A DNA stretch of 64,000 nt, from NCBI RefSeq assembly GCF_018350175.1, contig NC_058369.1, positions 7,566,001-7,630,000 of the forward strand, written 5' to 3'. Shown here piece after piece: positions 1 through 13,500 of the stretch. The position numbers and the translations under genes were made by a program. Positions within the stretch are counted from its first letter, which is position 1. Each line of letters opens with the position of its first letter. The stretch comes from Felis catus (lineage: Eukaryota). The notes below the pieces were generated by a model. That model searched no databases. It was not told the origin of the DNA and saw nothing but the letters and a program-made list of their open reading frames with translations.

Positions 1-692
1 CGTTTATTTATTTTTGAGACAGAGCATGAACGGGGGAGGGTCAGAGAGAGAGGGAGACACAGAATCCGAAACAGGCTCCAGGCTCTGAGCCGTCAGCACG
101 GAGCCCGACGCGGGGCTCGAACTCACGGACCGTGAGATCATGACCTGAGCCAAAGTCGGCCGCTTAACTGACTGAGCCACCCAGGCGCCCCAAATAAATT
201 ATTTTAAAAGACAAATTTATCTTCTTGCCAACAAGGAAAAGCCATCAAAGTCACCGTGCGTGAAGCCAAACTCGACAGTTATTTACAGGTGGGGCATACA
301 GTATTCCGAACCCCAGACTCATAGACCCCTGGTGTGAGAACATACCAGACCTTCTTCTCAGATTCCCCAGCAGCTACGGAAGTGAGCATGTGACCCCAAT
401 TCCACTCAACAGATGTACAGGATTTAGAGTTGAGAACCCCCCCCCCCCAAAAGAGGAGGGATCAGGAAAGGGAGGTGGCAGGAGAGACGGGGCATTGACG
501 GAAGTGTCAATGAAAGCCAGAGTTTCAGGTTGGATTCAGGAGGATTTAAGCTCCTGCCCTGCACCCCCACTTTGTCCCTGTCCATCTTCGAAGGCTGGTG
601 ATTTCATTAGCCCCCAGCATCCAACCGGGTAAATTGCTTTGCAGCTTAAATCACCCTGAGCCAGTTTCTGTTGCATATAAAGAAGAATCACC

Positions 693-914
693 GGGGCGCC
701 TGGGTGGCGCAGTCGGTTAAGCGTCCGACTTCAGCCAGGTCACGATCTCGCGGTCCGGGAGTTCGAGCCCCGCGTCGGGCTCTGGGCTGATGGCTCAGAG
801 CCTGGAGCCTGTTTCCGATTCTGTGTCTCCCTCTCTCTCTGCCCCTCCCCCGTTCATGCTCTGTCTCTCTCTGTCCCAAAAATAAATAAACGTTGAAAAA
901 AAAATTTAAAAAAA
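693..914 (+). mobile_element. Young felid CanSINE (SINEC_Fc type)
   Basis: GGGGCGCCTGGGTGGCGCAGTCGGTTAAG head, CT-rich body, A tail; TSD AAGAAGAATCACC at 680-692 and 915-927. Confidence 0.92.
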
Positions 915-2670
915 AAGAAGAATCACCACCAATCCAGATGGCAACATAAAAGCAAAAGCAGAGTGTGTGTTTTGGGGCAGGGACTGTTACTACACTTTAG
1001 CTGGATGCTATTGCTTACAACAGAAATAGGCCGACGTTCAGAAGGTGTTGACGCACTAACCCTTGGTTCTCGATTTCTGCGCTCACACCTGCCCCTCTGT
1101 CCTCTCTCCCCATCTTAGCAGAGGGAAGTCTGTTCTGATGGCTCACGCCAAAACTCTCGGAGTCATCATACCTCACAGCTAATCAGATCTTGCTCACTTG
1201 ACCTGTAAAATATATTCAAATATATCCAACCAACCGTTTTGCAACACCTTCTGGGCCCCCACCCTAGTCCAACCACCATCATTTCTCACCTGGAGCGTTG
1301 CACCAGCCCCCTCCCCGCTTCTGCACTCGCTCCCCCTACAGTCCATTCTCCACGCAACAGCCCAGAGGAACTTTAAATTATTTTTTTAACGTTTATTCAC
1401 CTTTGAGAGAGAGAGACAGAGCATGAGCGGGGAAGGGGCAGAGAGAGGGAGACACAGAATCCGAAGCAGGTTCCAGGCTCCAAGCTGTCAGCACAGAGCC
1501 CGAGGCGGGGCTTGAACTCACGAACCGCGAGATCATGACCTGAGCTGAAGTCGGATGCTCAACCAACTGAGCCACCCAGGCGCCCCCCACCCCAGAGGAT
1601 GTTTAAAATCAGCTTTTGACTAGCTAAAATGCTCAGTGCTTTAAAAAAATCAATATATATGTGCATATATATATATTTAATTTTTTTTAAGTAGGCTCAA
1701 TGCCCAACGTGGGGCTTGAACTCACAACCCTGAGATTGAGAGTCACATGCTCTACTGACTGAGTCAGCCAGGCACACCTGAAAGAATACTTTAAAAAACA
1801 ATTCTCCTAAGGGCGCCTGGGTGGCTCAGTCAGTTGGGCGTCCAATTTCGGCACAGGTCATGATCTCACAGCTTATGGATTTGAGCCCTGCATCGGGCTC
1901 TCTGCTGTCAGCACAGAGCCTGCTTCAGATCCTCTTCCCCCCCCCACCTCTGCCCCTCCCCTGCTCATGTTCTTTCTCTCCCCCTCTCTCAAAAATAAAT
2001 ATTTTTAAAAATTCTCCTGCCCTCCTCTTTCCCTCAACTGCCCAATTCCCGACACCCCCCACCTCGAGTTATCTATCCAGATTTTCTTTCTTTTTTTTTT
2101 TAATTTTTTAATGTTTATTTATTTTTGAGAGAGAGACAGACAGACAGACAGAGCACGAATGGGGGAGGGTGGAGAGAGAGAAGGAGACACAGAATCCGAA
2201 GCAGGCTCCAGGTTCCCAGGTGTCAGCACAGAGCCAGACATGGGGCTCTGACTCATGGACTGTGAGATCATGACCTGAGCTGAAGTCGGACACCCAACCA
2301 ACTGAGCCACCCAGGTGCCCCATTTAAAAAAAAAATTTTTTTTAATGTTTATTTGTTTTCGAGAGAGAGACAGAACGCAATATCCAGATTTTCTTTCTGA
2401 TTATACAAGGAAAAAACTGATAAGCAAACTGTGGTATTATATACGCAAAGGAATGTTATTCCACCTTAAAAAGGAGGAAAATTCTGGCACCTGCTACACC
2501 ATGGGTGAACCTTGAAGACATTAAGCGGAGGGACATAAGCCAGACACAAAAGGATAAATACATTGTACGATTCCACTTATGCAAATCCATAGACAAAAAA
2601 GTAAAACAGAGGTTAACAGAGGCTGGGGGAGAGGGAATGGGAAGTCAGTGTTTCATGGGGACAGAGTTTC

Positions 2671-2900
2671 TTTTTTTTTTTTTTAATTTTTTTTTCAACG
2701 TTTATTTTTATTTTTGGGACAGAGAGAGACAGAGCATGAACGGGGGAGGGGCAGAGAGAGAGGGAGACACAGAATTGGAAACAGGCTCCAGGCTCCGAGC
2801 CATCAGCCCAGAGCCTGACGCGGGGCTCGAACTCACGGACCGCGAGATCGTGACCTGGTTGAAGTCGGACGCTTAACCGACTGCGCCACCCAGGCGCCCC
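2671..2900 (-). mobile_element. Young felid CanSINE inserted in an old L1 fragment
   Basis: Reverse SINE consensus; TSD GGGGACAGAGT(T/C)TC. Confidence 0.9.
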
Positions 2901-5900
2901 GGGGACAGAGTCTCAGTTTGAGAAGGCGGAACGTTCTAGAGATGGATGGTGGGGATGGTCGCACGGCGATGTGAATGTGCTCGATAGCATTCCACTGTAC
3001 GTCAAAAATGGCTAAAATGATAAGTTTTACGTTGTGCAGATTTTACCGCATTAAAAAAAATAAATATACTGAATATATATATATATATGATCTTTTTCAC
3101 AAAAAGCAGCATACTATGAGATCTTTCCTTGAATACTACATCCTGGAAGTGTTTCCCGATCAGCCCGAGCAGACATTCTCATTCCTTTGCACAGCTGCAA
3201 AATATCGCATTGTGTAGATAGACAATAATTTATGCAACTGGTCCTGTACTGATGAATCTTTGGGCTCCCTCCAATCCTCTCCTATTATGTAAATGGCTGC
3301 AACGGATGACCTTGTGTGCATACATCACTTCACACGTGTGCAAGCGTCTCTGTCTTGGGATTACTTGGCCAAAGAAACTATGCATTTGTCATTTCTACGA
3401 ACATTATCAAATTCATCTCTATTGGAAAGGACTGATGTCCATATGTTAACATGGTCACTTCCTCATAGCCTCACCGCACTGTGAGTGATTAGTCTTCGAG
3501 ATTTTGGCCAACCTGATGGGTAAAAATCAGTACTTCACATTTCTCTCTTTTTTTTTAACCATACTGTTTTATTTTTTTATTATTATTTAAAAAAAATTTT
3601 TAACGTTTATTTTTGAGACAGAGAGACACAGAGCATGAACGGGGAAGGATCAGAGAGAGGGAGACACAGAATCCGAAGCAGACCCCAGGCTCTGAGCTGT
3701 CAGCACAGAGCCCGACACGGGGCTCGAACTCACGGACCGCGAGATCATGACCTGAGCCGAAGTCGGCCGCCCAACCGACTGAGCCACCCAGGCGCCCCTT
3801 ATTATTATTTTTTAAATATGAAATCTATTGTCAAATTGGTTACCATACAACACCCAGTGCACATTTCTCTGATACTAACTTGCATTTCCCTTATTGTGAG
3901 TAAGGCTGTCCTTTCACATGTCAAAGAACCTTTTGTATTTCATTTTTTGTGAACATCCCGATCACACGTTTTGCTCAAGGTTTTCTGACTTTTTAACGCT
4001 TTTATTTATTTTTGAGAGACAGAGAGAGAGTGCGAGTGGGGGAAAGGACAGAGAGAGAGAGAGAGAGAGAGGGAGACACAGAGTCCAAAGCAGGCTCCAG
4101 GCTCTGAGATGTCAGCACTAGCCCGACATGGGGCTCGAACTCACAAACCGCGAGATCGTGACCTAAGCATGACCTGAGCCGGAATCAGATGCTCAACCGA
4201 CTGAGCCACCCAGGTGCCCCTTGCTCAAGTTTTTCTATTGGACTGCTTATCTATATTTTGGGGGGGGGGCAGAAAGAGAGGAAGAGAGAGGGAATCCCCA
4301 GCAGGTCCCGCACTGCCAGCACAGAGTCCTATGTGGGGTTTGAACTCACCAACTGTAAGATCCTGACCTGAGCCAAAACCAAGAGTCGGACGCTTAACTG
4401 ACTGAGCCACCCAGGCGCCCCTGGATTGTTTATATATTTATTATTTTTATTTTTATTTTTATTATTATTATTTTTTTATTTATTAATATTCTTAGAAATT
4501 CTTTACATATTATGGAGATTAGGGTGCCTGTAATACGAAGTGCACTCTTCCCCCATTTTTTCAACTTTTCTGTGACATAATGTGGCCTTATTTTATGTCA
4601 TGGAATAATTTGCCCTCCTTATTGCTTTGAACTAAGTGAAAATCACCTTTGGATTTCAGGTCAGAGGAAGAAAGGACCTGCCCAGACTAATTCTGTTAAA
4701 ACAGAAAGATAATATTGCTTTTCTTTTCAAAATTCTCCAATGGTTCCCCCTCTTACTTAGATTCAAAATCCACAGCTATGAGGGCTCCTACATGTTCTGA
4801 CCCTTAAATATTAATCCCAAATTATCTTCCACTCTCTCCCTTTCACCCGCTTCATTCTGGAAACACTGACCTCCTTACTATTTCTTTTTTTTTTTTTAAT
4901 TTTTTTTTAACATTTATTTATTTTCTTTGAGGGACAGAGAAGGAGCAGGGAAGGGGCAGAGAGAGAGAGGCAGACACAGAATCCAAAGCAGGCTCCAGGC
5001 TCTGAGCTGTCAGCACAGAACCCGATGTGGGGCTCAAACTAATGAACCTCAAAATCATGACCTGAGCTGAAGCCGGCCGCTTAACCGACTGAGCCACCCA
5101 AGTGCCCTTCCTTACTATTTCTTAAATGCTCCATGCACATTCCTACCTCAGGGCCTTTGTATTTGCTGTTCCATCCGCCTAGAACGCTTTTCCCAGATAG
5201 CCACATGGCTCCCTCCTTCGGTTCATGAAGGTGCTCAGATGTCACCTTCTCAGAGAGGCCATAAGATCGTACCCTATCGCCCTATCCCCTGAACCTGCTT
5301 TATTTGTCAATACCTGACATACACAAAAGTTATGTTTCCTGCCTGTCTCCCCCCACTAGAATGGCACCTCCCTGGGGAGGAGACTGTCCTCTCCTCGACC
5401 ACACCCCCAACCCCTACTAGAGTATGTGGCACATGATAGATGCCCAAATATCTGACACCTGAAATAATGGGTGGGTAAATTAAGGCATCAAAATGAATCC
5501 GTGTCTGGGACACGTGGGTGGCTCAGTTGGGGTTAAGCATCCGACTCTTGATTTCGGTTCAGGTCATGATCTCGCTGTTCCTGAGTTCAAGTCCAGCGAC
5601 AGGCTCTGTGCTGACAGTGCAGAACCTTCTTGGGATCCTCTCTCTCCGCCCCTCCCCCATTTGCTCTCGCGCTCTCTTGCTCAAAATAAATAAACAAACT
5701 AAAAAAATTTTTAAATCAAACAAATTTTAAAAATGAGACTCCCTGTAGCCTATTAAGCATTTCAAGACCCTTTCCTTACGACTCCCCAAATGCGCCATGT
5801 CTCTTCCACGTCTTCACATGGGCTGTTCCCTCCCCCTGAAACAAAACCTTCTTCTGTCTCCCACCCCTAACCCTCCACCAGATTTCTCTTACTGTCCTGA

Positions 5901-6299
5901 GACTTTCAGACTTTCGGGTCTCAGCCTAAATACCACTTCCTCCAGGATGCCTTCTTTGATTCCCCAGCCTGGGTGGGTTAGGAGGTTTCTCTGGGCCCTC
6001 CTAGCTGCTTATTTGGGGGCAGTTTTCCCTGATCAGGCTTTCACTTCTGTTAGGGCGCCTATCCCGGTGCTTTCAGACCCAGTAATCAACCCCAAATGCG
6101 ACTGCTGAATTCTTCCTCCCCCACAGCAAGGAACAAGCTTCCCCTGAAATTTGTCACTGCTAGCAGGCCTCCTTGGACCGGGAACCAGAGGCATCTGGGG
6201 CGTGTCCTTAGGGATCAGGAGGCAAAGCCAGTTCCCGAAGCCTCAGGGACCAAGAAGTGACCGAGGAGCCTGGGTTGACACACAAGGTGACCAAGCAGA

Positions 6300-6900
6300 A
6301 CGCGTCCTGGCGGCCTCATCTGGACCGAGACGCTCCTGACACCTCCTACCTGAGCAAGAAACGCCACCTTTCTGAGCATCGGTTTCCTCATCTGTGAAAT
6401 GGAAGGGCTGCTGGCGAGAGAGCCCCCGCTAAGTGCCAGGACTGAAGTGTTTCACAAAAGAAGCCGTTCGCTGAAATGCTGGTATTTGTATTATTTCTTG
6501 CCTCCTGGATCCGGCCCGGCCTTTCCCGGGAAGCTGTGGGCTGGAAGCCTGGAGGAGGAGGGAGCGAAAACAGAGGCCACACATCCCTGCAACGCCGTCC
6601 CTCCCGCCCCGGCCTCCTTGCTGCAAACCCCGGGTCCCAGGGAGGGGAAGGCGGGCGGAATCCGAGCGGCAGCAGCAGCTGCTCTGGGCGCGCGGCCAAC
6701 GTCCCCTCCCTCCACCACCCGCATTCCTGCGGGAGGGGGCCGAGCCCTCCTGGGCTGGCCGGAGGCTCGCTGGCGCCCTCTCGTGGCCGAAAGTTGGACT
6801 TGACCTTCAACTGCCGTAGCGGACCCGGGTGGAGCCCACCGCGGGTCGCCCGCCGACCCCCTACCCTTCTCCGGCTCCCTCTCACACGGGTTCGCTGAAC
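6300..6900. promoter_or_regulatory. Intergenic CpG-rich element with CTCF motif
   Basis: CpG-rich unique segment; 6770-6788 reverse complement GGCCACGAGAGGGCGCCAG matches the CTCF core. Confidence 0.55.
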
Positions 6901-9900
6901 TTGCTGTGTGACCTAAGGCGACTCACTTAACGTCCCTGTGCCCCCCCAGCTTCCTAGCTGCACAGTTTCGGGCAGGACGCTTCACCTTCTGGTGCCTAGG
7001 TTTTTGCATCTGCAAAATGGGTCAGTGGGTCCTGAGATTGCCGAGAGGACCCAAAGGGACAGTCCAGGTGATGGCAGCCACAGTAAACACCCACACCCCA
7101 GGGGAAGGGGTTTCCGTCCTGTTCCCTTGCTGTGTCCCCGCCCCCCACGCGCCGACAACAAAGCCAGCCATGCAAGTGGTGCTCAGATTTATTTCATTTA
7201 TTTTATTAGTTGTTGAGCAAATGCTCATTCTTCATGAGACGCGAGCTCCTGTCACTCATTCACCCAGCACCCACTTTTGCCTCCATCCATTTGTTCAACT
7301 CCTCCATCAATCTGATCATCCGTCATTCACTGGATGACTAAGCTGTGTCACAGAACCCCCTCTCCCCCCCCCCCCCCCCCCCCGCCGCCACACCGTTTGT
7401 TTTCAAAGTGTTTCGTGTTTCCCCGCCTCCTCTGTTGCTCCCTCGTACCCGACAGAGGGCGACGGCGGTGCTGGGCCCTCCCCCAAGTCAAAACCGAAAC
7501 TCAAGGGAGGTGCGGGCCTGAGCAGGCTTCAAAAGCCTCAGATGTGTTTACCTAACAAGGATTTCCACTCCGGGGTGACTCAGTCAGTTGAGCATCTGAC
7601 TCTTGGTTTCAGCTCAGGTCATGATCTCCTGGTTCATGGGTTCGAGCCCCTGCATCAGGTTCTGTGCTGGCAGTGTGGAGCCTACTTGGGATTCTCTCTC
7701 CCCGCCTCTCTCTCTGCCCCTCCCCTGCTCCCCGGCTCATGCTCTCTCTCAAAATAAATTAAAAAAAAAAAAAGAGTTCCCTCGGGAGACAGAGATACTG
7801 GCAGAGTAACAGGAGGCCCAGACTGGACAGAAAGGTGGGAGGGACTGAGAACAGCGCCCCTGCCATCCTTCACCTTTGGACGACCCCTTGCTCTGGATAC
7901 CTAGGAGCCCCTGGGACAGAGGGAGGATGCGGACACCTGGGGTGGTCACAAAGATGTGAGGGGGAGAGCTCACACCCAGCTGAGGGACGGCTGAACAGAA
8001 CCAGCGGAGATTCCCAGAGAGCAGGGAACAGCAGTGGAATACGCCACCCCGAATGGACACCAGTGTTCTAGAACCTTCCAAACTGGGTCTCACCTGCTCC
8101 CCTGACCCAGGCCTTTATTTGATTCTGTTGATTCTTGGGTTCATAACAGATTGTTTACCATGGTCTCAAGAGTATTCCCCAGAGCCTCACGGCTCACCCG
8201 CCTGCCACGAGGCAAGTTGCTTACCTTCACCAGGCCTCAGCTTCCTCATCCGTACAATGGGTGGTAATTCTCACTTCAGCATAAATGTGAGACTTCTGTC
8301 GGTGTACACAAAGCATGTAAAACGGCACCTGGCACACAGCAGGTGCTCAATAAATGCCCGAGGAATAAATGATTCGATTCCACCTTCCCCCTTGGTTTCT
8401 GACACGTCTGGTTTCCCAGCTCTCTGCAAAGGTCGAGTCTGGAAAGCAGGCGAGGGTTGAACCTAATTAACAAGAGGCTGTGAAGTTTAAGGAGGAAATG
8501 CATCATGGGCCCTTAGCAAGTCCTCAGGAAATGTCCACTCCACAGGGGCAGGGACTTTGTCTTGTGGTCACTTCTGTGTCCTCAGCATGCTAAGGGGGGG
8601 CTGGGCTCATAGTAACTACCTATCCGATCTTTGTTCGATAAGTGCGTATTGTCATTTTTTTGGAAGCTCTGGGCTTTCCCAGGCTCTGCAAGCTGGCAGC
8701 AATGGCTTCACTGAGAAACGAAGAACCAGACAAACTTGTCTGCAGCCCCCTCTGCTTCCCAGAGGCAGGACCACAAAGTGGCTCCAACATCTTTAAAGGG
8801 CATATTAAACAGGCAGTGAAAATTATTTCAGGATAGAGAAAGCCTTCTTCCAGGGATGCCTCAAGCATGATGTGTTTGTGTCCCTGGTTCAAGATGTATA
8901 ATTTGCCTTCTGGAAAAAGGAGCCCAGAGAGCTTGGCATGATTTAAGAACAATGGACAATGGTCACAATTTACCAAGTGTAATTGTGCAGAAAGATCTGA
9001 AGCCCAGCGAGAGGATTTGACCCGTGCGTTTTTGAGACGGTTCCCTTATAGCGGGTCCTGGGGCCAGATGGCTCACTGCCATGGCTGCTCACGCCTGTGA
9101 CCCAAGAAATGAATACATAAAGCCTGTACAGCCCCTGTTGGAGCAGCTACCCCAGCAACTCACCAATTACATAAGGGCAGAGGCAGGGACTATCTGTTTC
9201 TTCCTGCCCCTACCAGTCAATCCTAACCAAGCTCTGAGTCCAGCCTCCCAATGCACATGGCCTGGGCTCCTTGCTGGTAGAGGGGAAGGCTTCAGGATAA
9301 GATCTCATGGGTCATGGAAAGGATAACCCCTCCCCCCACCACCACTACTCAGGCCCCCAAGTGGGGAGCTGGAATACTTTTTTTTTCTTAATGTTTATTT
9401 ATTTTTGAGAGAGAGAGAGAGAGACAAAGTGCACGTGGGGGAGGGGCAGAGAGGGAGGGAGACACAGAATCCGAAGCAGGCTCCAGGCTCTGAGCTGTCA
9501 GCACAGAGCCCGCTGCGGGGCTCGAACCCAAGAACCTCGAGATCATGATCTGAGCTGAAGTCAGATGCTTAACCGACTGAGCCACCCAGGCACCTCTGGA
9601 ATACGTCTTAGTGCAGCTGTCCCCCGCCTCCACGGAGGGTGGCTGAGGAGGGGGGAGCAACCTCTTCTTCCCCCATTGGATTTATGGGGGTCCCCTCCCC
9701 ACGTCTGTTTAGATGTTAACTCAGCCAGGCCAGGCCAAGGCAAACAGACCAGAGCTGGGATGGACAAGAGGACAGGTGTCTGTGGCCTGTCGCTGCACAC
9801 ATCAGCCTCCCCCTCCCCGCCCCCGCCGCCATGGACTTGTCCTGGCCCATGGGGTTGCTTCTACTCCTCTTGGGGACCCCTCTTGCCCACGCTGAGCCAC

Positions 9901-10487
9901 TGTGAGTCTGGGAAACTGAGGGCACTCAGCTGTTGCCTGCATATCTGTTGTCTGCATGATTCCCTGCATGAGACCCTGCCTCTCTGCTGCTGCCGCCCCC
10001 ACTCGGGTCCCCCCCGACCATGTCCCTGCGTGTGTCTACTGACAGGTACATCTTGGTGACCCCCCGAGTCCTGCGGGTGGGCAGCCCTGAGAACATCCAC
10101 ATACAGGCTCACTCGGACTCCACGCAGCCCCTCACCGGGACCCTCGAGGTGAACCTCACCGTATGGGCCCCATGAAGAAGACAGTGGTGGTTAAGAGCCA
10201 GCTCATTCTCTCACCGGAAAACCACTTTATGAAACAGGCATCCGTGATGGTAGGTGATAGGCCAGCATGGGTGGCCACAAAGGGAGCTCTGGATCAGAAG
10301 CAAGGATGGAGAGGGGCAGACTCTAGAGGGACTCCACATGAGGGACACTGGAGAATAGATGCGGGGTTTAGATACACTTACTGCGCCTCGTATGTCCTGT
10401 CCAGGTAGAAATCCAAAGTCCCCTGAGTCTGGGCTCCAAGAAGGGCAGTGATGAGCTCTGGTGGTGCCTCTGTGGGAATTAATGGGA

Positions 10488-10504
10488 GGCGCCCTCTGCT
10501 GGTG
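10488..10504 (-). promoter_or_regulatory. CTCF motif in C3P1 intron 2
   Basis: Reverse complement CACCAGCAGAGGGCGCC, near-consensus CTCF core. Confidence 0.5.
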
Positions 10505-13500
10505 GCTTGAGGAGCTGAACATGGACTGGATTGCATCCTTCTCTTGGCTGGAAGTCCTTTGCCAGATGTCCTTGTGCAGGGGCAACGGCAGAGCCAGAGG
10601 GCCCCCATTCGATTGTCTTTCCAAGATCTGGCCCAGGGCTTTGCTCCTAGGGATGGAGACCTCAGCAGAGCCTGGGGAGCGTGGGCATCTCTCCCCAGAT
10701 ATCCAAGAGCCTGGTGTACCCCCCACAAGCAGGGCAGCAGTCCATCATCATCCGGGCAAGCTGGGCACCCATCTCGGACTCTTCATTCATGGAGGAGATA
10801 GTGCTGGGGGCTCCCCACGCTGGCTACATTCGCCCAGACAGACAAGACTATCTACACCCCTGAGCACTTAGGTACAGCCCCCGGGCACTCGGCCTAGGGC
10901 AGATGCTGACTCTCATTCCCAGTCTCCCCAGCAATGCCTGAGATGTCCCACCTCTCGAGGTCTCCCTCTATCCAAAGTCCCCCTGCTGCAAAAGATCCGA
11001 TGGCTACCTCCCTTTCCAGATTCTATCCAACACTCAGAGTTTTCCCTCTTCCTCCAGTTCAATACCGGGTGTTTGCTGTGAACCACAAGATGAATCCTGT
11101 GACCGGGACATTCACTCTGGACATCAGGGTGGCCTCTCCTGATGGGAAGGTGGCTCCCAGACACTGAGGTCATATCATGTGCTAAAGGCCTGGGGCATGA
11201 ACCACCCACCCCCTCTCCCCACGGAACCCAGAGGGGATCACCGTGATCAGCCGGAATCTGCTGGCCAAGGAAGGTTTCTTTGCAATCTCACCTCCCAGAG
11301 ATTGTCAGGTGCCCTGCTGGGAGCCCTATGGATGGAGGCTCTCCTTCTCAGTCTCCCTCTCTCCTCATTCTCTGTGTCTCAGTCTTGGGACCTGGAGCAT
11401 CGAAGCCAGTTACCAAAGTGCAGCCAAGCAGCAGTTCAAGGCGGCCGTTGACGTCAGGGATGACGTAGGGTGAGTAGGATGTGATGGGCAGGGCAAGGAG
11501 GGACATGCAGGGAGCAGGATTGGAAATAGAAAGGAAGGCTCATGGCGCACCTACTGTGCACCAGGGCCTAAGCTGTATGCTGGTGAACAGGACATGTGTT
11601 CCAGTCCTTGGGGATTGCCAGAGCCACTGAGGAAAGAGTGGACAGGGCAGGGACAGGGGAGACAGCAAAATGCTGAGGGAATCCACTGCTTGTGCTCCAC
11701 CCAGTGCTCCCATCATTTGAGGTCCAGATGATGCCAAATAATATTTTCTTCTAACTCAACAATGAGGCTCTGGGTGTGGACATCCAGGCCCGGTGAGTCC
11801 CCTTATCCCCACCCTGGCCAGAGGACCAGGAATGTCGAGAAACTGAATGGGTAGAGAAGCAGATGGTAAAGGTACTCTTTGCTACCCGTGAGATATTCTT
11901 GGCCAACTACGTTGTTCCATCAGGTTGTCCAGACCACATCTGCCACCTGTAGGTAGTAGAGACCATCCCTTCAGGTCTCTGGGGTTGTATAGGCCACCTT
12001 GCCTACCTAATGGAGTTGGACCATTTCTCATGGTTCGCACCCTCTCTGAAGGTCCACGAGATGGCACAGGCACATTTGTCACCTCGCGGGGTTTGCAGAT
12101 TGGCAATGAAACCATCCAAGTGTGCAGGGGCCACCTCTGCCCCTCCCAAAGATTTACCGCCATCTCTGCAACCACATGAGGTTGTGTGGGTGCTTCAGAG
12201 CCAGTGGGATGACCCTCCACCCCCCAGGTACATATTCAACAAGCCAGTGGATGGACATGCTCTGGCCATCTTTGGGGTGAAGCTGGATTCCCGCCGGATG
12301 CCCATCCAGAGTTCCCTGCAGAGAGTGGAGGTAACTGAGTCTTGACCTCTCCCCACCAGCTTCCCCCTCCATCAACTCTCCTCTATTCCCCCCCCCAAGA
12401 AACCATCTCCTCTTCTCTCCCTGGTTCTGAGAGCAAATCTCAGAAGGCCTGGGCCACGTCTCCCTTCAGAAGGACACGCTGATGTCCACATTCCAAGGCC
12501 CAGAAGAGGACTTCATTGGGGACTCAATCTTTGTCAATGTCACCGTGTTCTCCACCGGTGCCACCCTCCCCCAAGCCACTGGCTGAGGTCTGGACCCTGT
12601 CCTTACCCAACCTAGACATTCCACCCATGTGACAATGGGCTACCTCCCAGCCTCAGTTTCCTCATCAGAGAAATGCAAAAATGCTAGAAAGACTGGGAGG
12701 AGCTGAGATTGTGCTGTCGTCTTTCCCTGTCCTCACAAAGATGGGCCTCCCGTACCAGCAGCCCTGCCACTCCCAAGAAACTGACCCTCATCCATAGACC
12801 TCACAGTCACCCTGTCTCTCCAGGGGGTGAGATGGTCCAGGCTGAGACCTCCGGGGTGAAGATCGTCCGGAGCCCATACAACATCAAGTTCACCAGGACA
12901 CCCCAGTATTTCAAGCCGGAGATGCCCTTCCACTTTAGGGTCAGAGTCTGACTTCACTCCATCCAGGGACTCAGGGCCCCTTTTCCCTAACAGACCCCTC
13001 TCAGGAGACAAAAACCCACATTGGACTCACCTGCTATCCACAATCTATCTGTTTGAGAACTGAATCCATCATGCTCTCAGACCAACCTCAAGGCTCTCTC
13101 AAGTCTCAGCCTAGGTCTCCCCAAAGCACTGTGATGGCTCCATAGTTTCTCTGTGAGGGGTTTAGTGGCCACAGTCAGCCTAGAAGGTGATGCTCAAGGG
13201 AGTATTCCAAGGCTACATTTGCACAGCAAGCATGCTGTTTTTACACGCATTCCTTTTGGGTAAATTTAAGATGTCTGATGGACATTAGGAAAACTAAAGA
13301 CATCCTTTGATGTCAATCCTACTAAAATTTTCCCCAAGCCCTCCACATCTCTCCATTCTAATTCCCTCCACCTCCACCCCACCAGCACACCAACACCCAG
13401 GGCCACCACGTATGGTTGCACACTGCAAGACTTGAGGGGGTGCCATTCTCAAAGACTCTAATATGAATGGTGCCCCTGGTGTTGTTCAGTGCACAACTTG

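Larger units (their letters stand above)
1..5715. mobile_element. SINE-dense intergenic block (about 12 CanSINEs plus old L1/L2 fragments)
   Basis: SINE copies at ~1-190, 1380-1586, 1810-2010, 2095-2321, 3590-3798, 3990-4220, 4260-4421, 4885-5107, 5506-5715. Confidence 0.85.

Noticed and set aside
688..879. Recurrent short ORFs such as MGQRETEHERGRG... and MAQSVKRPTSAQVMIS...
   Set aside because: Translations of CanSINE repeats, not genes
6388..6898. Overlapping 130-165 aa ORFs on both strands
   Set aside because: GC-rich, low-complexity translations with no recognisable domain or splice structure; expected by chance in a CpG island
9700..9830. Liver-type promoter motifs (FOXA-like GCAAACA, GTTAAC) upstream of the C3P1 ATG
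   Set aside because: Too short and degenerate to support a call from sequence alone
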